A stretch of DNA of 64,000 nucleotides from Bacillota bacterium (GTDB lineage: Bacteria > Bacillota > Dethiobacteria > DTU022), in contig JAKPEE010000128.1 of the NCBI GenBank assembly GCA_029552125.1, positions 6,609 to 70,608 on the forward strand, read 5' to 3'. Position numbers and translations under genes: made by a program. Positions 19,074 through 26,579 of the stretch are shown one piece after another; position 1 is the stretch's first letter, and every line of letters begins with the position of its first letter. A model generated the notes under the pieces. The model worked only from the letters and a program-made list of their open reading frames with translations, did not search any database and was not told the origin of the DNA.

Positions 19074-19241
19074 TCAAAAAATATTGCCTTTGCTGCTTCC
19101 GCCGGCAAGCCGGCGGGTGGAGCCGGCCTGGACCTGGCTATCTCCAAAGAAAACATTGAACACCATAACGGCCGGATATGGGTTGAAAGTGAGCTAAACA
19201 AAGGGAGCATTTTTGCTGTTTCGCTGCCCATCTCCGGATGA
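19074..19241 (+). pseudogene. C-terminal remnant of a histidine kinase (HATPase_c tail)
   Basis: The frame reads ..GGAGLDLAISKENIEHHNGRIWVESELNKGSIFAVSLPISG*, which matches the G2-box/C-terminus of sensor kinases. A stop lies immediately upstream (19071-19073) and there is no upstream kinase body. Confidence 0.6.
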
Positions 19242-19259
19242 CGCCTTAAAAAAAAGCAT

Positions 19260-19358
19260 CCCGACCGATAAAGGTAACCCTTCCGAAAGGAAGGCTACAC
19301 AAAGCCATGGGTCTAAAGTTCGGGTACGAACCATGACCGCCAGGCCGCCGAAGTCGGG
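19260..19358 (+). promoter_or_regulatory. GEMM-I-like (c-di-GMP-I class) cyclic-dinucleotide riboswitch aptamer, copy 1 (orphan)
   Basis: P1 is CCCGAC...GUCGGG. Hairpin CCUUCC-GAAA-GGAAGG, linker ACACAAAGCC, second hairpin AUGGGUCUAAAG..CCAUG. It is nearly identical to copy 2 and resembles the V. cholerae Vc2 aptamer as I recall it (..GAAA..ACGCAAAGCC..CCUAAAC..). Confidence 0.55.
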
Positions 19359-19485
19359 ATTCTTGTATTTGTAGCGGGTTATATTCTCGATTCCGGCCTA
19401 AAAAGTAATTGTGTTCCTTCTGGCTGGTTCAAAAACATCCTTATTCTGGCCGTCCGGTGCTATGTCAAAGGCCTATTCGTTTTTT

Positions 19486-19731
19486 TCACATCCGGGCGTA
19501 CTTTTTTAATTTGAACACTTGCAGCACAACCATTACGACCGCCAGCAAAATAAGGGCAACGCCAAGCCATTTATTCGCGGTAACCATAAGAATAATGCCA
19601 ACAAAGACGAAGACCACGGCCGCAACAATTGTTTTGACCAGCCCTATACCGCTTGTGACCACGCCGGCGGTTTTTAAACCTTTAGCCAATTTTTCAGAGT
19701 CAAATTGATCGGGAACCATATTTTGGGTCAT
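19486..19731 (-). CDS. small two-TM membrane protein (81 aa)
   Basis: ATG (rc of 19729-19731) lies 9 nt after GGGGAGGA. There are two hydrophobic helices (VKTIVAAVVFVFVGIILMV, LGVALILLAVVMVVL). Confidence 0.55.
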   Translation of the reverse strand: MTQNMVPDQFDSEKLAKGLKTAGVVTSGIGLVKTIVAAVVFVFVGIILMVTANKWLGVALILLAVVMVVLQVFKLKKYARM

Positions 19732-20120
19732 AATTGGGCATCCTCCCCACTTAATGAATAAGTTTATAACCACTGCTAGGGGCAAAAAACGTTTTTCGTG
19801 CCGGTTACTCCCTTGTCAATATTATAGTGACAAACATAATCATGTCACAGCTCATACAAATTCCGGTGGAGAAACCTTTAAATGGGCATACCCCCTAAAA
19901 CTATTCTATTAAATTTAAAAATATTCCTGCTTAAAAGTAGGATAAATTTACTGGAAGCGGTGCACGGCAGTTGTCCCTGAAGCCACCCGGGGCTGATTGC
20001 AGCATATTAATAAATTCTTTGATTTTTCTCTATGCTTATGTTATTTTTGTCTTGCTCAAGCATATTCCTGGCCGCCGGTGCCGGGCTTGGAAGCCGACAA
20101 GACGACCATAGTGGTCGTCT

Positions 20121-21077
20121 TTGCAACCCGGGGAGAGTTTTACTCTGATGGCTACTGCGACAAACGAGAAGGGTCAGGCAGACGATTCGCTGGAAATAGC
20201 GGCTCCGGCATTGGAAAACGAAGAACCCGAACCGGAACCCGGTACCGAGCCCGAACCGGAAGCTCCTGCATCGGCCTCCAACAACGCCCCGGTCATTACC
20301 GCGATCAATTTTAGCTCTGAAGGAATAATTACCGGATGGACTTATACAGTTACTGCTGAGTGCAGCGACCCGGACGGTGATACCCTCACTTTTGAATGGT
20401 CAGCCAGCGGTGGGTCAATTTCAGATGCTACTGTTAACCCCATGACCTGGCAAGCCCCCAAGGTAAAAGGCGAATACAGCATTACTGTAACGGTGCGGGA
20501 CGGTCGTGGCGGGGTTGCCACCAGGAGCCAGGAGGTAAGCGCCAATCCTATTACCTTCGACCCTGTCCAAATTTATCAACTAAAGTCGATCACTATTCAA
20601 CCGGCAAGCACGGGACAGGTTGATTCAGAGGGACATATGGCCATCCCAAGTAATGCCGGAGATACAGACGCCAAAAGGGGTCTGCAGGGTTTTATCACCT
20701 TTGATTTAAGCAGCATACCGGATTCGGCTACAATAAGATCAGCACGGTTGGAAGTGGTTTCTTATGATACTCTGGGCGATCCCTTTGGCAGCCTCGGCCC
20801 CTTACGGGTCTATGTTCATAACTACGGCACACTCGACGCTGCCGACTATACGCCGCCTCCGGTCAATGGTGCGATTGTTCGCTTTAGCAACGAGGCGGAA
20901 TTAAACAACCCGGCTGTGCAAGAATTAAACTCAATAGGTATAACCGGCATTCAGGATGCCCTTTCCAGCGACAAGTTTCAGATCCGGCTTCAGTTTAATA
21001 ACAAGGAAACTGATAACGACAGTGTGACAGATGTACTGAGAGGTCAGTATAGATTATTTATTAGCTACGCGTATTAG
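20121..21077 (+). CDS. PKD/Ig-like plus DNRLRE-like secreted-protein body with no intact signal peptide (5' end probably degraded)
   Basis: The PKD-like segment is APVITAINF..TAECSDPDGDTLTFEWSASGG..YSITVTVRDGRGG. The C-terminal ..GFITFDLSSIPDSATIRSARLEV.. resembles DNRLRE. Plausible upstream pieces lie in two other frames (see the findings entry). Confidence 0.55.
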   Translation: MQPGESFTLMATATNEKGQADDSLEIAAPALENEEPEPEPGTEPEPEAPASASNNAPVITAINFSSEGIITGWTYTVTAECSDPDGDTLTFEWSASGGSISDATVNPMTWQAPKVKGEYSITVTVRDGRGGVATRSQEVSANPITFDPVQIYQLKSITIQPASTGQVDSEGHMAIPSNAGDTDAKRGLQGFITFDLSSIPDSATIRSARLEVVSYDTLGDPFGSLGPLRVYVHNYGTLDAADYTPPPVNGAIVRFSNEAELNNPAVQELNSIGITGIQDALSSDKFQIRLQFNNKETDNDSVTDVLRGQYRLFISYAY

Positions 21078-21173
21078 ATTAGTTATCTTATTTGGGGGCA
21101 ATGAACGCAGACTCCAACCGGACTCTTAGACCTGCGGGAGCCAAATCACCAGGTCAATAAATGCACATTACTC

Positions 21174-21204
21174 AACCTGCCGGGAGTGATCCTGCCGGCA
21201 GGTT
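21174..21204. terminator. 10-bp perfect hairpin between convergent genes
   Basis: AACCTGCCGG-(11 nt)-CCGGCAGGTT. There is no clear U-run on either side. Confidence 0.35.
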
Positions 21205-21396
21205 TGCTACTATTTACTGCCGTTAACAGCCCGAAACCTTAGAATTCTGCCCTGGAATGGCACAGCGGCTAGCTCTCCAGGATCTGCCCGGCGCCGTTGC
21301 CGGGCAGATCCTGGGCCAGGTATACATAACCGTAGGGTAGCCGGTATTGCACTAACTCTCATCCTTTCCCCGGCGCTGCCGCAGCCCATTAGTTCC

Positions 21397-23241
21397 TTAG
21401 ACCGGAATGGGGGCGATCACCTGTGAAGAGACAAACATCCAGGTCACCAGCAGGGCTGACACCAGGGAGCCAAGGTAGATCTTGCCCGTTAGCTGGTAGA
21501 ACCAGGTCATAATCGGGATGATCAGCACCAGTTTCATGATGATGTGCACCAGGTTGAGCGTAAACGTAGTCATTACCCCGCCGGGTCCGACAAAAGGAAT
21601 TACGCCAGTGATGAATATGGGCAGGTACTGGGCCAGCACCAGCAGCACCAGCGGGGCGATTATGACAAAGATATTGCTTCCTGACCAGGCGAGAAAGGTG
21701 CGCCAAAAAGTGCGCCGCACCGGCCTGGCCAGCCGCCCGTGCAGGAAAGTGCCCAGGAGCAGGAAGCCGGCCAGCAAAAAGGGGAAATAAAGCAAAAACA
21801 GCAGGGCCCGGTAAGGCGTGAGATCGCTGGCAAAGGGGAAGATAAAGCGGAAATCAACGATAAAAATACTCTCAAGCAGGTGTTCCAGGCCGTAAGCAAA
21901 TCCGAACAGGATCAGCCCCAACAGCAGCGTTTTCCCCAGGTTGGCCCCGTTCAGGCCGAATCCTTCAGCCCGGTCGGAGAGCCCCAGTTGCTGCAGGGTC
22001 AAGCCCGAGCGGGCCGCCTCCTTTTTATACCACCGCCGGAAGAAAAGAAAGCCGATAATGTTTACCCATAAAAACCACCACACGATTCCGTTAACCATCA
22101 TGAGGGGAAAAGCCCCGTCAATGGGCACCAGGTAAACGTGAACGGCAAACAATATTAAAATCAGGGGCAGGTAAAAAAGGGAGAGAACCCCGTTGAGCAG
22201 CCCCGCCTTAAGGTTGTTTTTTCTGTCCGCCGGCAGGCGGCCGGAAGCGGGACCCTGCAGGGAGGCAAAGAAGGGCGTTTGCAGGAGCAGCAGCCCCAGG
22301 GGCAGAAGCGAGGCCAGGCCGGAGACCATCGCCGCCAGGGTGGCCCATTCTTTAAGCGGCCAGATCTGTCTGGCCGGGTCGATCCAGCTCTCTTCCAGCG
22401 GGTTCAAAGCGCTTTTCATCCAGAGCAGGGCTTCGGCTATGGAGCCCCGGTGGTGCGATTCCTGCACGTGGGTTATGGCGGGCATGTATACCCGCCGGGC
22501 CGAACCGTCGGAAAAGTCACCGTAGGTTACGCCGAACTGCGGATCCCCGGCAGCGATAACCTGCCTGGTTTGGGGGCTGCTCATCCACTGGCTGCTGAAA
22601 TCGCGCGTTCCGGTCATCCGGTAGCGGTATTCATCATACTTGCCAAAAATCATGAGCATGTTGCGGGGATTGTTTGTCGTTGCCTCGGGGGTGTAGGCAA
22701 AACCGGAGATGACCACGGCATTGATCCCCGGATCCTCCAGGGCAGCGGTATAAACCATCTCCGCGCCGAGGCTGTGGCCCATGACGCCGATGGAGCCTTC
22801 ATCCACAAAGGGGAGAGAGCGCAGGTAATCGATAGACGATTTCGCTCCGTAGGTATGGTCAAAATCGGGATCATCCTGGTTTCCAGGAACGCCGGAGTTG
22901 CCCCGCCCGATGGCATCAATGCTAAGGACGACGAAGCCTCGCCGCGCCAGCTCAATACAGTAAGCGTCGGAAGTCTCGCGGTTGTTCTGGTAGCCGTGCA
23001 CATAAACAATACCCGGCACCGGGCTTTCCGCCAGCGCCTCAAGGGGCCGGAATAGCTTCGCCCGGACCGGGATTCCGTTATAGTTATTATAGATAACGTT
23101 GCGCACTTCAACGTTGCCGAAATCTTGCTGCACCAGGGAAGCCAGGACCGTTGCCGCCACCAGCAGAAGCAGGCAGAGCAGAAAAGCCGCCGCTGCCTTC
23201 TTCCGGGCGGGCCGTTCAAACAGTACATTTGCGGGCAACAT
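21397..23241 (-). CDS. membrane-anchored alpha/beta-hydrolase fused to a polytopic membrane domain
   Basis: 614 aa. N-terminal TM helix. The hydrolase part carries HGYQNNRE and the nucleophile elbow GHSLGA. The C-terminal half has about 8 hydrophobic helices. Confidence 0.7.
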   Translation of the reverse strand: MLPANVLFERPARKKAAAAFLLCLLLLVAATVLASLVQQDFGNVEVRNVIYNNYNGIPVRAKLFRPLEALAESPVPGIVYVHGYQNNRETSDAYCIELARRGFVVLSIDAIGRGNSGVPGNQDDPDFDHTYGAKSSIDYLRSLPFVDEGSIGVMGHSLGAEMVYTAALEDPGINAVVISGFAYTPEATTNNPRNMLMIFGKYDEYRYRMTGTRDFSSQWMSSPQTRQVIAAGDPQFGVTYGDFSDGSARRVYMPAITHVQESHHRGSIAEALLWMKSALNPLEESWIDPARQIWPLKEWATLAAMVSGLASLLPLGLLLLQTPFFASLQGPASGRLPADRKNNLKAGLLNGVLSLFYLPLILILFAVHVYLVPIDGAFPLMMVNGIVWWFLWVNIIGFLFFRRWYKKEAARSGLTLQQLGLSDRAEGFGLNGANLGKTLLLGLILFGFAYGLEHLLESIFIVDFRFIFPFASDLTPYRALLFLLYFPFLLAGFLLLGTFLHGRLARPVRRTFWRTFLAWSGSNIFVIIAPLVLLVLAQYLPIFITGVIPFVGPGGVMTTFTLNLVHIIMKLVLIIPIMTWFYQLTGKIYLGSLVSALLVTWMFVSSQVIAPIPV

Positions 23242-23493
23242 CTTTCACTCCTCTGCTGGTTAATGCCAAATAATTCTGCAATTTGAACTATATTCCTGCA
23301 GTATTTGCCTATCTGGTTGTGCAGGGGGCAACAATTCATAATACCGGTAATCGTGAGAAGAGACACCAATATGCCATCCTGTCCAAACAGTATAAAATCA
23401 CCCCCTGGGTGATTGCCTTTCCGGTGGGAAAGAATTATTATTCTTTAAAAACATTTAAAAAAGCACTATGGCTTTTTTAGGCCTGGCTTAAGG

Positions 23494-24309
23494 ATGATTA
23501 AAATGAGGAGGTACTTTTTTGTCCTGGTACTGGCATTGGCCGTGGCGTTGATCGTGACTGCCTGCGGCGGGAGCAAAGAAAACGGCGGCGCCGAACCCGG
23601 CGAGTTGGAAGAGGAAACAGGTGATTCCGGCGATGTCGCTGATGAGCCGGTGATTATTGAGGGTGAATGGTATTTCATTGAAGGTGAGTTTCACCAGTTT
23701 AATGACCTTAGCTTTATCACCTACTTTAAAGAATATGAAGCCACCTATACTTACGGTGAAGAGGTTTACTATCATACCAAGTACCTTGGGGATGACAAAG
23801 TTGGAGGCACAAAGACCAGGCATTTTGCCTTTAAAGTAGAGAGCCCAAGTATGGAACGGCCATCCGAAGCGGAGTTGTGGTTCACAGAAACAGGCGAGCT
23901 TGTGCAAGTGGGTGGCCGGGATGAGAAAGGTAAGTTTGTTACCGAAACCGACCCCGATGCCCTGGAGTATTTATATAGTAGCAGTTTTTTTGATCATTAC
24001 TGTGACCCCTTCGTGAAAGGACCCGAGGAGGTTGAACTTGCGTTTGGAGCTATTTTTACCGATCCCGAAGAGCTCGAAAGGGCCAAAACTGAAAGAGGCT
24101 ATGTGATTAATGGAGTCAGTTCCCAAAAAAGAGATCTCGGCGCAGGAAAAGTTACGGTTGTCCACTATGATTTTACCACTCCAAGTGTGAGTCAATGCAT
24201 TTACGAGATAGGGAAAATTGGGGATAAATATTTGATCGTCTATTACGTTGAAAAATACGGCGGCGGCGACGTAGAGCTGAAAGTGACAAAGGCTGTTCCC
24301 TTTAAATAA
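23494..24309 (+). CDS. lipoprotein, paralog A
   Basis: Lipobox ..ALIVTAC|GGSKENGG followed by an acidic linker. It is collinear with ORF 25643..26470 (shared GEWYF..GEFH.F.DLSFI.YFKE, KYLGDD, ELW.TETGELVQ, GAGKVTV.HYD, IGDKY). Confidence 0.75.
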   Translation: MIKMRRYFFVLVLALAVALIVTACGGSKENGGAEPGELEEETGDSGDVADEPVIIEGEWYFIEGEFHQFNDLSFITYFKEYEATYTYGEEVYYHTKYLGDDKVGGTKTRHFAFKVESPSMERPSEAELWFTETGELVQVGGRDEKGKFVTETDPDALEYLYSSSFFDHYCDPFVKGPEEVELAFGAIFTDPEELERAKTERGYVINGVSSQKRDLGAGKVTVVHYDFTTPSVSQCIYEIGKIGDKYLIVYYVEKYGGGDVELKVTKAVPFK

Positions 24310-24379
24310 CTGCAGCCGGCCGCCGGCAGACCGGCATCAAATGGAGGTATTGAACTACTTCATAGCCTCTTTATCAATA

Positions 24380-24417
24380 GTGAGCCAGGGAGATACGATC
24401 CCGGCTCACTTTTTTTA
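24380..24417 (+). terminator. rho-independent terminator of lipoprotein A
   Basis: GTGAGCC(A)GGG-loop-CCCGGCTCAC followed by TTTTTTT. Confidence 0.75.
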
Positions 24418-24519
24418 AACCTGTGCATTTCCCCTGTGCTCGATGAATTAAAAGAACAATACCTACAGTGCCTTGACACGATCGGCAGAGTAAAAAAAGT
24501 GGATTCATGACAAAAGTAA

Positions 24520-24528
24520 TGTTACAAT
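24520..24528 (+). promoter_or_regulatory. extended -10 promoter candidate (TGtTACAAT) for the riboswitch transcript
   Basis: TGTTACAAT lies about 16 nt upstream of the aptamer P1. I identified no good -35. Confidence 0.4.
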
Positions 24529-24543
24529 AAAAAAAAATAGTAT

Positions 24544-24644
24544 CCTGACCGATTAAAGGTAACCCTTCCGAAAGGAAGGTGCGCACAAAGCCATGGGTCT
24601 AAAGTTCGGGTACGAACCATGACCGCCAGGCCGCCGAAGTCGGG
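24544..24644 (+). promoter_or_regulatory. GEMM-I-like (c-di-GMP-I class) riboswitch aptamer, copy 2
   Basis: Same architecture as copy 1 (P1 CCUGAC...GUCGGG with one G-U pair, GAAA hairpin, GCGCACAAAGCC, UCUAAAG). It sits about 95 nt upstream of the ATG at 24738 on the same strand. Confidence 0.6.
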
Positions 24645-24737
24645 ATTGTTTATTTTGTACCGGGATATATTCTCGTTTCCCACTTCCGTCCCGGCTATCA
24701 TGGATTGCGTATTAATACTAATGATGGAGGAAGTGGT

Positions 24738-25244
24738 ATGAGTAAAAAAGTAGTTGTGTTCCTGCTGGTGTTTCTCCTGGTTGGGTGCGGCGCGGTATTG
24801 GCCAACGGAGGTATGACGATCCTTACCGGTGACGAAAACGGCGATGAAACCGGCGATGAAACCGAAAACGAGACCGGAGACGAGACCGGAGACGAAACCG
24901 GGGATGAGAGCGAAGACGAAACCGGAGAAGAGACCGGTGATGAGACAGGCGATGAAACCGGTGACGAAACCGGGGAAGACGGCGAAGAAGGCGACGGCGG
25001 CCCCCCGCCCTGGACTCCTGATCACGCCAGGGAACACTGGGAGTGGTCACAGTCCGGTGACGAAGGCCCGCCTCCCTGGGCCCCGGCCCATGCCCGGGAG
25101 CACTGGGAATGGTCGCAGTCCGGGCAGGAAGGTCCTCCGCCCTGGGCCGCTGCCAAGGGCAAGGGGAAGGGAAATGACAAAAATCTGGACAAGAATAACG
25201 GCGGCGATCCAGGGGATGAAGATGTAGAAGGGGAGGACGACTGA
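24738..25244 (+). CDS. acidic tandem-repeat lipoprotein
   Basis: ATG lies after GGAGGAAGTGG. Lipobox FLLVGC. There are about 13 x (G-D/E-E-T) tetrapeptide repeats. Two full 22-aa units follow, GPPPW(T/A)P(D/A)HAREHWEWSQSG(DE/QE), plus a truncated third (GPPPWAAAKG). The C-terminal tail is K/D/E-rich. Confidence 0.7.
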   Translation: MSKKVVVFLLVFLLVGCGAVLANGGMTILTGDENGDETGDETENETGDETGDETGDESEDETGEETGDETGDETGDETGEDGEEGDGGPPPWTPDHAREHWEWSQSGDEGPPPWAPAHAREHWEWSQSGQEGPPPWAAAKGKGKGNDKNLDKNNGGDPGDEDVEGEDD

Positions 25245-25309
25245 CCTTTTGCCCTAAATCTTCCAAGTTCTCAACTGCCCGATGATCCACAGTGAATGTC
25301 CGGGAACAG

Positions 25310-25343
25310 AACAGCGCAGCTTAAACGGCAGCGCTGTTTTTTT
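25310..25343 (+). terminator. rho-independent terminator
   Basis: AACAGCGC-(13 nt)-GCGCTGTT followed by TTTTT. Confidence 0.7.
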
Positions 25344-25642
25344 ATCCGAGTCAAGGGGAAAAGGCTGGGTGTTTAGGCCGCCCTCTTACAAGGGATAGGC
25401 ACGGCAAACATAAAAAGGTTGAGCGGCAAAACTTTGGAGCTGCCATGATTTGATGAAATTTCAGTATCATCGGCGGACATTAAAAGTTTGCCGGAGAAAC
25501 GGTATAAAATCACCCCTGGGGTGATTGCCATTCCGGTGGGAAAGAATTATTATCCATTTAAAATAAAAATAAAAACATTTAAAAAAACAAGGGCTTTTTA
25601 GGCCTGGTTGAAGGAGGATTAAAATGTTGAAGGAGGATTAAA

Positions 25643-26470
25643 ATGAGGAGGTACTACTTTTTTGTTCTGATCCTGGCATTGGCCGTGGCGTTGACCGTAA
25701 CTGCCTGCGGCGGGGACAAAGAAAACGGCGGCGCCGAACCCGGCGGGTTGGAAGGGGAAACAGGTGATTCCGGCAAAGAGCCGGTGATTACCAAGGGAGA
25801 ATGGTATTTCGTTGACGGTGAGTTTCATAAATTTACTGATCTAAGCTTTATCGCTTACTTTAAAGAATTCGAAATAACCCTTTATGATGAGTTTTTTTCA
25901 GAAACCTGTTACCTTCATTCCAAGTACCTTGGGGATGATACAGTTCTTGGCACAAAGACCGGGCATTTTGCCATAACAGCGTCGAAAGAGGAAGATGGAC
26001 AGAAGACGTTAGAAGGGTATGTGGAGCTGTGGTACACAGAAACAGGTGAGCTTGTGCAAATGGGGATGCCGGGAAGGGAAGAGTTGGTCATCGAAAACAG
26101 CCCCGATATGATAAATGAAAGGGCGCAGGATATTATCGACGAATTCAATCTAGCTCAATTCTTGATGTATCACGGTCTGTTTGAAGAGGAGCATGAAAAA
26201 GGGTATGCAGCTCTTTTTAACGACCCCGAGTTTTACGCCAGTAAAGTCGCTGATAGTGCGTATGTGATCAATGAAATCAGTTCCCAAAAAAAAGATTTCG
26301 GCGCAGGAAAAGTTACCGTTATCCACTATGATTACGCCTTTTCGGATTCGTCGTATAGTTTTATCAACGATATAGCGAAAATTGGGGATAAATATATGTT
26401 CGTCTATATCCATGATAAAATGGAAGACGTAATCGAGTTTACTGTGACGCGGGCTGTTCCCTTAAAATAA
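25643..26470 (+). CDS. lipoprotein, paralog B
   Basis: Lipobox ALTVTAC|GGDKENGG. Collinear with paralog A. Confidence 0.75.
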   Translation: MRRYYFFVLILALAVALTVTACGGDKENGGAEPGGLEGETGDSGKEPVITKGEWYFVDGEFHKFTDLSFIAYFKEFEITLYDEFFSETCYLHSKYLGDDTVLGTKTGHFAITASKEEDGQKTLEGYVELWYTETGELVQMGMPGREELVIENSPDMINERAQDIIDEFNLAQFLMYHGLFEEEHEKGYAALFNDPEFYASKVADSAYVINEISSQKKDFGAGKVTVIHYDYAFSDSSYSFINDIAKIGDKYMFVYIHDKMEDVIEFTVTRAVPLK

Positions 26471-26541
26471 CCGCAGCCGGTCCGCCGGCAGGCCGGCATC
26501 AATTGGAGGTATTGAACTACTATATATCCTCTTTATCAATA

Positions 26542-26579
26542 GTGAGCCAGGGAGACGGTGACCCTGGCTCACTTTTTTT
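26542..26579 (+). terminator. rho-independent terminator of lipoprotein B
   Basis: GTGAGCCAGGG-AGACGGTGA-CCCTGGCTCAC followed by TTTTTTT. Relative to cassette A, the right arm carries a change that pairs the bulged A. Confidence 0.8.

Larger units (their letters stand above)
23392..24425 (+). repeat. lipoprotein cassette A (leader, gene and terminator), paralogous to 25502..26587
   Basis: The leader (TATAAAATCACCCCCTGGGTGATTGCC.TTCCGGTGGGAAAGAATTATTAT..), the signal-peptide codons and the 3' end plus terminator are near-identical to cassette B at the nucleotide level. The middle has diverged. Confidence 0.75.

Noticed and set aside
19260-19358. Assignment of the repeated leader to the c-di-GMP-II class
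   Set aside because: This was my first impression. However, the GAAA-capped hairpin, the ACRCAAAGCC linker and the UCUAAAG receptor-like hairpin fit the class I (GEMM) layout. I have kept the call as GEMM-I-like, pending a covariance-model search.
19409-19708. 99-aa + strand ORF as the gene controlled by riboswitch copy 1
   Set aside because: It is Thr/Ile/Pro-rich nonsense that lies exactly antisense to a well-supported two-TM gene (SD plus ATG). There is no RBS.
22279-23369. 258-aa + strand and 239-aa minus-strand ORFs overlapping the hydrolase gene
   Set aside because: These are alternative or antisense frames of 21397..23241. That gene carries the GHSLGA nucleophile elbow and coherent TM helices, and these frames do not.
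24826-24975. Short periodic DNA repeats considered as a possible CRISPR or minisatellite
   Set aside because: The 12-nt period has no unique spacers, lies inside a coding frame and encodes tetrapeptide repeats. There are no cas genes in the window.
24522-25290. Long ORFs in other frames or on the other strand through the repeat region (24522..25037-, 24823..25290-, 24829..25227+)
   Set aside because: They are artefacts of the 12-nt periodic GDET-coding repeat. Only the 24738 frame has an SD, a lipobox signal peptide and a terminator.
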